Source of the DNA: an uncultured Acidobacteriaceae bacterium
GTDB taxonomy: Bacteria > Acidobacteriota > Terriglobia > Terriglobales > Acidobacteriaceae
Direction of reading: 5' to 3'
NCBI GenBank assembly: GCA_963789625.1
Contig: CAWBLK010000015.1
Span: forward strand, 55,589-119,588
DNA: 64,000 bases
Below are positions 1-11,367 of this stretch, one piece after another (within the stretch, counting starts at the first letter, position 1; every line of letters starts with the position of its first letter). Made by a program: the position numbers and the translations under genes. Below the pieces are notes generated by a model that was not told where the DNA came from, made no database searches, and was given only the letters and a program-made list of their open reading frames with translations.

Positions 1-160
1 GTGCATCCAGCGCGTAGTGAATGGTGTAGCAGGCCCACGCAACTTGCCAGGCGCGGAAGTAGGGTTGCCGGCTCTGCTGATAGAGGTAGGTGAATAGCAG
101 GCACAGCAACAACGCGACGACACCTGGAATAATAACGATACTGGTGGCAATGCTATTCAT
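1..160 (-). CDS. N-terminal fragment of a membrane (possibly sensor) protein; gene continues past the left window edge
   Basis: Minus-strand ATG at 160..158 opens MNSIATSIVIIPGVVALLLCLLFTYLYQQSRQPYFRAWQVAWACYTIHYALDA with a clear hydrophobic helix. The frame stays open to position 1. It is below the 60-aa cutoff of the ORF track. Confidence 0.35.
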   Translation of the reverse strand, partial: MNSIATSIVIIPGVVALLLCLLFTYLYQQSRQPYFRAWQVAWACYTIHYALDA

Positions 161-363
161 GAGTGGCGAAGACGCCTGGTAGATTCTGGGTCAGCGGCGT
201 TGGAAGAATCTAATAAGATGAATGTTTTCACAGCCGGGGGTGTGAACACAACAGGATTTAAGTACACTGTACCCATCCTAGAATACTTAGAATCAGCCAC
301 TTACTTCAGAAATCGTTTTCCGGGCTGGCTTGACGGTGCTTTTCCCGGCCCATACCATCGGAC

Positions 364-1893
364 TTGGCTCGATCTATCGTCCCTATGCCTGATTCCACTC
401 ACTCCAAGTCGTCCGCGCCGCGCGTCCGCTTCGCGCCTTCGCCCACCGGGTTTCTCCACGTAGGCAGTGCCCGCACCTTCATCTTCAACGGGCTTTATGC
501 TCGCCACAACGGCGGCACCATGATCCTTCGCCTCGATGACACCGATGTCGAGCGCAACACCCAAGCCTCGGTCGATTCCATCTTCGACGGCTTGAAATGG
601 CTGAACCTGGGCTCGGGCGGCATCGGCTGGGACGAAGAGTACAAGCAATCCGAGCGCATTGACCTGCACCGCAAAACCGCATGGGCGATCTTTGAGAAAG
701 GCCTGGCCTATCGCGACTTCACTCCTGCGCACACCGGCGACATAGAAAAATCCGGCGCGCAGGGAACCTGGCTGTTCAATCCTGGCGCGCGCGAACTTTC
801 GCGGGAGCAAAGCGACCGCCGTGCTGCAGCCGGGGAGCCGTTTGCCTTGCGTTTCCGCGTGCCCCGCGATGGCGGCGAGTCAGTTCGATTTACAGATGCG
901 GTTTACGGCGAGCAGGTGAAGGCCGCTGCCGATATCGAAGACTTCGCCTTGCTCCGCTCCGATGGCATGCCCACGTACCACCTTGCATCCTGCGCCGACG
1001 ACGCCGACCTGCGAATCTCCCACATCATCCGCGGCCAGGATCACCTCTCAAATACTTTCAAGCACGTGCTCATCTTCGAAGCCGCTGGCTTTACTCCGCC
1101 GCAGTTCGCACACTTGCCGCTGTTGGTTGCACCCGACGGCACCAAGCTTTCCAAGCGCCGCCACGGTCCGGTGGTTAGCGTTACCACCTATCGTAATGCC
1201 GGATTTCTCTCTGAAGCCTTCATTAATTTCCTCTGCCTGCTCGGCTGGTCGCCCAAGAACGACCGCGAGAACATGTCTTTGCAGGAACTTACCGATGCAT
1301 TTTCGCTCGAAGGCATCAACCGTTCGAACGCGGTCGTGAACTTCAAGGAGCCAGCGGCAACCCCGGAGGAAACGTTCGATCCGAAGGCGATATGGTTGAA
1401 TGCGGAGCACATTCGTGGTTTGCCAGTCGAAGAGTTGAGTGATCGGCTGCTGCCTATCGTGCGCAGCGCAGGCTTCGACGTTGCACCCGAAAAAATGTTG
1501 CGCATCACGCCGCTGATCCGCGAGCGCATCAAGCTGCTGCGCGACGTACTTACCGCCGCCGACTTCTTCTTTGTGAGTGAACTATCTCCCTACGATCCAG
1601 CCGAACTCATCCCGCAAAAGGGAGACACTGCTATGGCGCTGAAAGTTCTTTCGCGGGCCGAAGAGGTGCTGGCCGATGCCGAATTTAAACATGATCCGCT
1701 GGATCGGGCTCTGCGCGCCGCCGCCCAGGAATTGGGAGTGAAGGCGGGGCAGATGTTTCAGCCTATCCGGGTCGCCGTGTGCGGACGCAAGAATGCACCG
1801 CCGCTGTTTGAGACGCTGGAAGTTTTGGGGCGCGAGACGGCATTGGCGCGGATTGAGCAGGCCATCGAGAAGATCGAACCCGCCGGCGTTTGA
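364..1893 (+). CDS. gltX: Glutamate--tRNA ligase (GluRS)
   Basis: 509-aa ORF with the class I signature [21 protein letters not shown] (HIGH region) and [10 protein letters not shown] (KMSKS). GluRS-type body ([30 protein letters not shown]). The true start may be a few codons downstream. Confidence 0.9.
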   Translation: MARSIVPMPDSTHSKSSAPRVRFAPSPTGFLHVGSARTFIFNGLYARHNGGTMILRLDDTDVERNTQASVDSIFDGLKWLNLGSGGIGWDEEYKQSERIDLHRKTAWAIFEKGLAYRDFTPAHTGDIEKSGAQGTWLFNPGARELSREQSDRRAAAGEPFALRFRVPRDGGESVRFTDAVYGEQVKAAADIEDFALLRSDGMPTYHLASCADDADLRISHIIRGQDHLSNTFKHVLIFEAAGFTPPQFAHLPLLVAPDGTKLSKRRHGPVVSVTTYRNAGFLSEAFINFLCLLGWSPKNDRENMSLQELTDAFSLEGINRSNAVVNFKEPAATPEETFDPKAIWLNAEHIRGLPVEELSDRLLPIVRSAGFDVAPEKMLRITPLIRERIKLLRDVLTAADFFFVSELSPYDPAELIPQKGDTAMALKVLSRAEEVLADAEFKHDPLDRALRAAAQELGVKAGQMFQPIRVAVCGRKNAPPLFETLEVLGRETALARIEQAIEKIEPAGV

Positions 1894-1929
1894 GCTCTAG
1901 ATCCGCCGCCTGCGATAAGATAAAGAGTA

Positions 1930-3829
<1,900 letters not shown>

Positions 3830-3930
3830 CTAACTCCGTACGCATTCCGGCCCCTAACATTTCCCACCCCGGCGCAGTCTAAAACCGCATTATGATATCT
3901 CGTCCAGCTTGCAGTATCTGAGGTCCTCGC

Positions 3931-4852
3931 ATGAATCTGCATTCGTTAATTACTGCCTTCGTTGGAGTCCTGCTCTTCGCGTTCTCACGCACGGCATTCT
4001 CGATGAGCATCGCCGCCATCGTGCTTTTTCCGATTGCTCTGTGGGCCGTGAAGTCGGACCTTTCGCACGAGCGCGGCCTCGACAAGATTGTCGCCTTGAG
4101 CAACCTGTGTTTCGCGCTGCCTCTCGCGGTCTTCGGCGCGGAGCATTTCTCCGCCGCCGCAGGCATCATGCAGGGTGCCCAAGTTCATGCCTTGGCCGTT
4201 GTTTTGGGCGTATTTTGTGGGCTTCGCGTTGGTGGCCGCGTCTTTGAGCATTGCCACGAAAATTCAGGTGCGCTGGTCCGGACTGTTATTCGGCGCATGA
4301 TGTTTCTTTTCGTAGCAATGATGGACATGCCGGGAACACTCGCCGAACCTCAGAACCGGATTAACTGGGTGCTTCTGTTCCGCGAAATGTCGTTTGGTGC
4401 TGGCGGATGGATTCTTGCCGGAAGTGCAATGGCCGGAAAGGACGGGCTGGCAAGCAAGCTCATCATGATCGGCCGCATGATGATCGGCATCGCCGCAATA
4501 TTTTATGGCGTCGAGCACTTTCTGCACCCAGCTGAATGTCCCGGCGTTCCGCTCGAAAAATTGATGCCCGCGTGGATTCCGGGTCCCAGGCTCATCGCCT
4601 ATCTGACTGGCGCAATTCTTCTGGTTGCGGGAGTATGCATTCTGCTGGCGCAAGAAGACGCGGATGGCGGCAACTTATCTCGGCACCTGGATTGTTCTGC
4701 TGGTGGTATTCGTCTACGGGCCGATCCTGATTGCGTCGCTTTTGAACCCGAGCACGGACGTTAAAGTTGAAGGGATCAATTACTTTTTCGACACGCTGCT
4801 GTTCGCCGGAACGATTCTCGCGCTCGCCAGCGCGACGCCCCACACCGATTAA
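3931..4852 (+). pseudogene. Polytopic membrane protein of unknown function; frame broken about three times as assembled
   Basis: Three pieces join into one continuous multi-helix protein: ORF 3931..4764, an unlisted frame-2 stretch from 4175 (VPKFMPWPLFWAYFVGFALVAASLSIATKIQVRWSGLLFGA), and ORF 4625..4852 (KTRMAATYLGTWIVLLVVFVYGPILIASL). Frame changes lie at GGG 4173..4175, at ~4297 and at ~4648..4651. Confidence 0.45.
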
Positions 4853-4911
4853 AGGCTAGTTATGCACGTGCGGGCTCTGCGCGGGGTTGGCGTGGTGCTC
4901 GGGCGGTTCCT

Positions 4912-5467
4912 TCACGACCTTGATTTCAAACTCACAGGCAAGGTTTTCGGCGGATAGCAGGCGGCGTTGTCACAGGCTTGGTAGCGCAGCACGCCGTGCA
5001 TTTGGTATTTTCCGGGAACGACCGAATGCAGCGGGTGCACCGCGACCGCAATGGTGAAATCTCCGCTATAGACGCTCAGCTTTTCATCCGGCGAAAAAGG
5101 AAAACTCGCATCTTCGCCGGCAGGATATGCAATCTTTCCCAGAACGATGTCCGTCGGCAGGTCCATCTTTCAGCGCGGTCGGAATCAGAAATTCCGACTT
5201 GGGCGTGTTGGAGTTGATGTGGTAGCCCGCAGGGACGCGAAAATTCAGATCTACCATGGTCTGCTGTGCGCGCTGCGCCGTGATCAGCGGCACCGCGCCG
5301 AAGGTGAGAGATGGGGCTTTGCCTAGAGTCTGCGCGGATAAAGGATAGGCGGCTGTTAGAAGAACGACTGCCAAAAAAGCGAGAGTCGGAAGAACAAGCC
5401 TGTCCCACCGCAACCGCCCCAAGTTATGAGTGCGGAGATTTCGCGGCTTGGTTTGGTGGTCGATCAT
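4912..5467 (-). pseudogene. Secreted DsbD-N-terminal-like thiol:disulfide interchange domain protein; one frameshift as assembled
   Basis: From ATG 5467: signal anchor LVLPTLAFLAVVLLTAAYPLSAQ, then ...HINSNTPKSEFLIPTALK. After a frame change at TTT 5168..5170 it continues in ORF 4912..5166 as DLPTDIVLGKIAYPAGED...LRYQACDNAACYPPKTLPV (paired-Cys motif). No stop separates it from the upstream TlpA-like frame. Confidence 0.45.
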
Positions 5468-6161
5468 CGTGTGGACTGAGGTTTTTCCCAAAGTCGAAGT
5501 TTCTAAGATCGAAGCCTGGCTCGTCGCAGGCCGGGTTTCGAGCGCCTTCTTGATTGCGTCTTCGATTTCAGCTTTGCCCCTCAGTCCGATAATCTTATCC
5601 ATGATTTTGCCGTCGCGCGTAATTACGAAGGTTTCCGGCAACGCGGGAACGCCGCCGTATTGATCGCCGACCGAATCCTTGCCAATCAGAATGGGATAGT
5701 TCACGCCCATATCCTTGGCGAACTTGCTGATGTCTTCCTTGCTGGCATCGTCCATGGCGACGCCGACGATCTGCAGTCCTTGCGAGGCGTACTGATTCTG
5801 AAAGTCGACAAACCAGGGCATCTCGATTTTGCAGGGACCACACCAGGTCGCCCAGAAGTTAAGCAGCACGGCTTTGCCGCGCAGGTCGGAGAGACGCATG
5901 GTTGAGCCGTCGAGCGACTCCAGAGAGAAATCCGGAGCAAGAGTTGCTCCCGTCATGTGAGCCGCGCGAAGCCGCGTCCGGATGCCGCACCTGGTGATAA
6001 CCGAAGTAGAGCATGAGCGCAACCACGAGCGCGACCACTACAAGCGCGAGAGGGCTGCGCGTGCCTCCGCCCGAAGATTTCGGGGGATCAGCGCTGGGAG
6101 GAATGCTTTTCGAAGCCGACGGCTGAGGGATAGAAAATTCTTCTGGATTCTGTGGTTCCAT
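5468..6161 (-). pseudogene. TlpA/ResA-family membrane-anchored thioredoxin-like thiol:disulfide oxidoreductase; frameshift between anchor and Trx domain
   Basis: ATG at 6161 is preceded by an AGGAG Shine-Dalgarno site. N-terminal anchor SPLALVVVALVVALMLYFGY lies in the frame of ORF 5859..6230. The frame changes at ~5960..5972 into ORF 5084..6022, which carries AVLLNFWATWCGPCKIEMP (CxxC thioredoxin motif). The 3' end is uncertain. Confidence 0.7.
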
Positions 6162-6235
6162 TTGCAAACTCCTATCAGTGCAACAATTCGTAAAAACAGA
6201 CTGCTCTATTTTTCCACTAAACTTTCCCAACTACA

Positions 6236-6958
6236 CTACAAAGCAAAACGGTTCAGGAAGGAAAGCCAGTTCGAAATCAAAGTAAAGCGGCCGATCACCA
6301 GCAAGATTCCCAGGCCGATCAGCAGAGCGCCTGACGCCACTTCCAGCGCGTGCATGTGCGAACGGAAGCGGCTATAAAATTTCAGAAAGCGCTCCATCAA
6401 AAGCGATGTCAAAAGAAACGGCACGGCCAGCCCGAGCGAATATACCGCCAGTAACAGAATTCCTTTCACCAGCGTATCTTGTTCCCCGGCAATGGTCAGG
6501 ATTGTAGCGAGGATGGGACCGAGACACGGAGTCCAGCCGAAGGCGAATGCGAAACCGATCACGAATGCGCCGATCGGAGTGCTACTGCCCTTCACGCTAT
6601 GCAGGCGCGCATCGGTGTAGAGCGCTTTGATCTTGAAAATGCCCGTCAGGTGCAATCCGAAAAGAATAATAACGACGCCCGCAATCCTGGCCAGCGTGTG
6701 TTTGTAAATGCCGAGCAGCTGGCCGACCTCGGTCGCCGCGGCTCCGAGCACGATAAAAACGATACTGAAGCCCAGAATAAATCCAATCGAGTTCACCATC
6801 ACCCGCCGCATCAGGTGCGCTTGTGGCGCCTTGAGCTCTTCCAGTCCGGCGCCGGAGATCAGCGAGAGATATCCCGGCACCAGAGGCAGCACGCAGGGCG
6901 AGAGAAACGAAATGAGCCCGGCGAAAAAGGCGGCTAGCGGCAGTGGAAGGCTCGTCAT
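6236..6958 (-). CDS. ccdA: Cytochrome c biogenesis / thiol-reductant transporter CcdA (DsbD transmembrane-domain family)
   Basis: 240-aa polytopic protein with LSPCVLPLVPGYLSLISG and FGWTPCLGPIL, the two conserved Cys-containing helices of CcdA/DsbD-beta. Confidence 0.85.
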   Translation of the reverse strand: MTSLPLPLAAFFAGLISFLSPCVLPLVPGYLSLISGAGLEELKAPQAHLMRRVMVNSIGFILGFSIVFIVLGAAATEVGQLLGIYKHTLARIAGVVIILFGLHLTGIFKIKALYTDARLHSVKGSSTPIGAFVIGFAFAFGWTPCLGPILATILTIAGEQDTLVKGILLLAVYSLGLAVPFLLTSLLMERFLKFYSRFRSHMHALEVASGALLIGLGILLVIGRFTLISNWLSFLNRFAL

Positions 6959-7104
6959 GTGTCCCTAATATTGTACCTGTCCTGTCGTTTCTGGTTGTCT
7001 TCTTCTGCCAAGCCGCTGGCAGACCAGCCCATCTCCATAAGACGCGCGGTGGCCGAATTAGTTTCGCAGCCTAGGGTAGTGGCTCAGTCTGAACGGTATT
7101 ACAG

Positions 7105-7204
7105 TTTGTCATTCCGAACCGGCGTTCTTTGCCGGTGAGGAACCTGCTGTTGGCGGACCAAAGCAGATTCCTCGCGCGATAAAACCGCGCTTCGGAATGA
7201 CAAA
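7105..7204. repeat. MITE-like palindromic element (GTCATTCCGAA ... TTCGGAATGAC family)
   Basis: Perfect 14-nt terminal inverted repeats TTTGTCATTCCGAA (7105..7118) and TTCGGAATGACAAA (7191..7204). Nested inverted repeat GAGGAACCTGCT / AGCAGATTCCTC. The element is intergenic. Confidence 0.7.
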
Positions 7205-7237
7205 CTTATCAAATTGAGCCCGTGTCCGAACTTGATT

Positions 7238-8278
7238 TCACTTTGTGGCTGGCACGGGAGCGGCATCAATGGGTGTGGCTTCCGGGGCGGCTTCGGCCAA
7301 GGCTTTTCGCAGGAAGCCGGGCGAAACGGTGGCGTTGAGGAGGGCGCGTTCGCCTTCCTGCTTCACCTGCACGCTATCGAAAAAAGCTTTCACGTCGGCA
7401 TCAGGGCCTTGGGTGCCGATGGAAGTTTCGGCGGCGTGGGTGAGTGCGACGAAAACGCTTACCTTGTCGACGAGGGCGCGAGCCGCGTCGGAAGAGTCGG
7501 TGAAGGCCTCGGCGCGCAAGTGAACCGAGTCCGGCCGGAGATGAAGCGGGCTGAGAAAACTTCCGGAAGCAACGATGGTGGCAGGCGCGCCGAAGAGGGT
7601 GCTCCAGACACCGGTTGCCTCGGAAGTGGAAGGCTCAACGCGCGCAACCAGCCAGGCTAGGCTGCCAAGCTGCACGTGCTTGTAATACTGACGCAACAGT
7701 GCCGGGCCTCCAAAGGGAGAAGCCAGCCGCTTGGAGCGGTCCACGATGCCTTCAATGACCGCGGGATCGTCATGGTTGGAGGCGGCCACCGAGTCGGCAT
7801 TTAGTACAGCCACACGCAATGACCTGTTTTCCACCAGAACCGTGAAAATGTCGACGCCGTGATGGTTCTCGACTGATTTGGCGATTTGCCGCAGGTAGTT
7901 AGTAAGCCGCTCGCCGTGAAATTTTCCTACCAACACTTCGGAGAATCGCGGCTCGGGAGCGGCGCCGCCAGTTCCGCCGCCGGGCCATTTGGCCGGATAG
8001 TGGATTGCGAAGGCGGCTTCATCGAGATCGCGCTCGAACTGAAAACCGGTTTCGCGGATGAAGCGTTCATACTCGGGATCGTGGCTGACGGCAGGAAGTT
8101 CTTTGCCTGCGTTCACGTGCCGCGCCCAACTGAGATCGAGATAGAAGAATGCGTCGGCCCCCGGCAGCAACCGTGCGGGCTCAGGCGGAGCATGTTTTCT
8201 GAGCTGGACAGCAAGAGTTACTGCGGCGGCGACGATCAACACCGCTGCAACAATGGGGAGGGTGCGCCTAATTCGCAT
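7238..8278 (-). CDS. Membrane-anchored hypothetical protein
   Basis: 346-aa ORF with the N-terminal anchor LPIVAAVLIVAAAVTLAV. I recognise no catalytic motif. Confidence 0.5.
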   Translation of the reverse strand: MRIRRTLPIVAAVLIVAAAVTLAVQLRKHAPPEPARLLPGADAFFYLDLSWARHVNAGKELPAVSHDPEYERFIRETGFQFERDLDEAAFAIHYPAKWPGGGTGGAAPEPRFSEVLVGKFHGERLTNYLRQIAKSVENHHGVDIFTVLVENRSLRVAVLNADSVAASNHDDPAVIEGIVDRSKRLASPFGGPALLRQYYKHVQLGSLAWLVARVEPSTSEATGVWSTLFGAPATIVASGSFLSPLHLRPDSVHLRAEAFTDSSDAARALVDKVSVFVALTHAAETSIGTQGPDADVKAFFDSVQVKQEGERALLNATVSPGFLRKALAEAAPEATPIDAAPVPATK

Positions 8279-8378
8279 GGAATGCGGTCAGGGCTGAAAT
8301 CATAACACTGTACGGTGGGCGTGTCAGAAGTTAGTACCCTCGAAACCGCTCGGACAAAAGTACAGTATCCGCACGCAA

Positions 8379-11135
8379 TTACTTCTTCAACTCCGCCGGC
8401 CAGTTCGTGAGCAACTGGAGCGGAGCCTGGGTTTCTTCTTCGGCATGGTTGATGAGCAGGCGCTTGCCGTCGGCGGAGGCGTCGAACGAGATGCCGATTC
8501 CGGGCGAAGTGGTATTGAACAGGCGCTGGGGCGTGCCGACTTCGACTTCCGATCCTTTCACTGCGACGGGGCAAGAGAAGAAATCATTGGTAACATTTTG
8601 ATAGAAAAGTTCCTTTCCGTCGGCGCGCCACGCCGGATACGCCCCGCCGTTCGAAGATACCTTCCATTTGCCTTTTCCTTCGGGGAAGCTGGTGATGTAA
8701 ATCTCCTGCACTCCGGATTCGTCGGAAACGTAGGCCACCCAGCGGCTGTCAGGCGAGACTCGATAGCTATAAATGTTCGACTGCGAAGACGGCGGCTGCA
8801 CGATCGCAACCGGTTTGGCGCCTCCGGCAACGGGCACGATCCAGAGAGAAACCATTTTCTCGCCTTCGCCCCAAACATAAGTTAAGTACTTTCCATCGGG
8901 CGACCATGCAGGATAGTGATAGTTATTCTGCTCGGCGATCAACACTTTTTCGGCTCCGCTGCCATCGGCGGCCTTGGAGCGAATCTCGACATTGCCTCCG
9001 CCTTTGGCCACCCGTGCGGAGAACATGATTGTTTTGCCGTCCGGCGACCAGGTTGGTTCCTGAACGATCTGCTGGTCGAAGGTAATGCGGGTCTTGGTCT
9101 TGCGCTCCAGGTCGAGCGTCCAAATGCCGGTGCCGCTGGCGAACGCCACCCGCTTGTTATCGGGCGAGAGATGCGCATCGATGATCGTGCTCTCTCCCGG
9201 GTCGAAATCGGCAAGGTCTTTTCCCGAGCGGTCAAACCACGCCAGGCTACTCTTCGCGGAGGCGGCATTGCCGAGTTGGTAAACCATGAGCCCGTTTTGC
9301 GACACAGCGAAAATGCTGCGCCACACTCCGACATCGTCGCGGAGGTTGTTGAATAGCGGAACCGCCGAGCCCGACAGCGTGCCCGATTGTGGATCGAACG
9401 GTTGGGCGACTAGAGCGGTGTTGGCGCGGTAGAGCAGATAGCCGGAAGCGTATTGCGCCGCGGAATCGCTGGTGACGATCTGCCGAGTCTCCGAATTGTC
9501 CACCGATCCGAAATAAATCCCGTTCGCTCTAGGATCGCTTCCGGTGTGGCTGGTGGCGATAAAAAGAAAATGTTTACCGTCGGGCAGAAACCAGGGCCAG
9601 CGATGCGTGTCGTGTTTGCTCTTCTCAATCAATGTTGCCGGCTCAGCGGAGCTGCCCTGTGCGCTCACTTTCAACAGGGAGCCGATGTAATCCGGAGCGA
9701 ACACGATCACGTCGTTGGCGCTCCAACTTCCGCCGCGTGAGTTGGGAGCGTCGGCTAACACTGACACAGGACCGCCGGTGGCTGCGATCTTCGCCAGCTT
9801 GCCATTCGCGAAGAAACCGACGTAGCGGCCGTCCGGCGACCAGAACGGATGCATCGCGTTCTGCGTGCCCTCGAGCGGCAGCGCAGTGTCGCTATTCAGC
9901 GGACGCACCCACAGCATCTTGCTTTCACCGGAGTGAGCGACGAAGGCCAACTTGTCGCCCAGCGGGGAAAGCACAGGCATGCCGCCGGCGTCGCCGGTGG
10001 TGTCCAGGGAAAATTTGTCTGGCGGCGGAATTTCGGCGTGAAGGGAAATAGAGTCTGCGGAGGATTTCGCCCAGCGGTAGCCCGCGAATCCGGCGAGCGC
10101 GATCAGAAGCGCCGCTGCTGCCGCTGCCCATGACTTCTTGAACTGCGGAGATGCCTTCTCCGCGTCGGACGATGCTTCGGCGGTCGTCGACTCGCCAACC
10201 CAGCGCAAGTCCATCGCAAGATCGTGCGCGGATTGCATGCGGTCGGCGGGATCTTTGGCAAGGCATGCCCGCACTACGCGATCGAGCATAGGTGGAACCA
10301 GCGGCTGAATCACGCTGATCGGCTCCGGATCTTTTTCCAGAATGGAGCTGAAGACGCTGAGTTGCGATTTCCCTTCGAAGGCTCGGCGGCCGGTGATCAT
10401 TTCGTAGAGAACGCATCCGAAGCTGAAGAGGTCGCTGCGCGCGTCGGCTTCCGCTCCCTGCAGAAGCTCGGGCGCCATGTACTGAAAGGTTCCGACGATC
10501 GAACCCTTCTGCGTGAGTGGAGACACAGCTGCCGTCAGCGATGCAAGATTCATGGTCGGCGTAGACGGGGTGAATGCTTCGACGGCCTTCGATGCGATTG
10601 TGATTTTCGGCTTCGCTAAACCAAAGTCCATCAGCTTGGCGCCCGCCTTGGTCAGCATGATGTTCGCCGGCTTCAAGTCGCGATGGATGATGCCGTGTTG
10701 ATGCGCCTTATCCAGAGCTTGCGCGATTTCCGTTCCAATCTTCAGAACCTGCTCGATGGGCAGCGCGCCTTTCGCCAGGCGCTCGGCGAGAGTCTGGCCC
10801 TCGAGATACTCCATGACCAGGAAGTTGGTGCCGTCCTGCGTGCCGATGTCGTATAGCGTGCAGATGTTCGCATGTTGCAGCGCGGAAATGGCTTTGGCTT
10901 CGCGCTCCATGCGCTGCTTCAATTCCGGGTCCGAGGAAAGATGTGCCGGCAAAACCTTGATGGCAACGGTGCGGTCGAGCCGCGTGTCCTTGGCGCGATA
11001 GACTTCTCCCATGCCGCCTGCGCCGAGGGGCGCGAGAATTTCGTAGGGACCGAGTTTGGTACCGGCAGTGAGAGCCATGGGTCGCGTCATTATAGCGTTA
11101 GCGGAATCAGAGGCCGTGTTGAAGTTATGTTTCAT
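8379..11135 (-). CDS. Ser/Thr protein kinase with C-terminal TolB/PD40-type beta-propeller
   Basis: Hanks kinase motifs GAGGMGEVYRAKD, HRDLKPANIML and DFGLAK. A single TM segment (AAAAALLIALAGFAGY) is followed by repeated SPDG-type propeller units (WSPDGRY, LSPDNKRVAF, WSPDGKTIMF, WSPDGKYLTY, VSPDSRWVAY). Start chosen at MKHNF (11135); the ORF is open to 11198. Confidence 0.85.
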   Translation of the reverse strand: MKHNFNTASDSANAIMTRPMALTAGTKLGPYEILAPLGAGGMGEVYRAKDTRLDRTVAIKVLPAHLSSDPELKQRMEREAKAISALQHANICTLYDIGTQDGTNFLVMEYLEGQTLAERLAKGALPIEQVLKIGTEIAQALDKAHQHGIIHRDLKPANIMLTKAGAKLMDFGLAKPKITIASKAVEAFTPSTPTMNLASLTAAVSPLTQKGSIVGTFQYMAPELLQGAEADARSDLFSFGCVLYEMITGRRAFEGKSQLSVFSSILEKDPEPISVIQPLVPPMLDRVVRACLAKDPADRMQSAHDLAMDLRWVGESTTAEASSDAEKASPQFKKSWAAAAAALLIALAGFAGYRWAKSSADSISLHAEIPPPDKFSLDTTGDAGGMPVLSPLGDKLAFVAHSGESKMLWVRPLNSDTALPLEGTQNAMHPFWSPDGRYVGFFANGKLAKIAATGGPVSVLADAPNSRGGSWSANDVIVFAPDYIGSLLKVSAQGSSAEPATLIEKSKHDTHRWPWFLPDGKHFLFIATSHTGSDPRANGIYFGSVDNSETRQIVTSDSAAQYASGYLLYRANTALVAQPFDPQSGTLSGSAVPLFNNLRDDVGVWRSIFAVSQNGLMVYQLGNAASAKSSLAWFDRSGKDLADFDPGESTIIDAHLSPDNKRVAFASGTGIWTLDLERKTKTRITFDQQIVQEPTWSPDGKTIMFSARVAKGGGNVEIRSKAADGSGAEKVLIAEQNNYHYPAWSPDGKYLTYVWGEGEKMVSLWIVPVAGGAKPVAIVQPPSSQSNIYSYRVSPDSRWVAYVSDESGVQEIYITSFPEGKGKWKVSSNGGAYPAWRADGKELFYQNVTNDFFSCPVAVKGSEVEVGTPQRLFNTTSPGIGISFDASADGKRLLINHAEEETQAPLQLLTNWPAELKK

Positions 11136-11367
11136 GGAACCACCGCTAGGGCGCCGAATCAGGTGCCAATGAGTCCTCCGTCCAGAATCCTCTCGCATGG
11201 ACGGTGTTTGCAGCCGGGTCGTCCATCGCGTTGCGGAAATTGCTGGTTAGTTCGGCTTCTACCTCTCGCTCTTGTCTATTTATATTAACTATGGTTAACT
11301 GATAAGAATAATCCCTCGTTAATGTATCGAAGCGGGAGAAAACACCTGGGGCAAATGATGAGGAATC

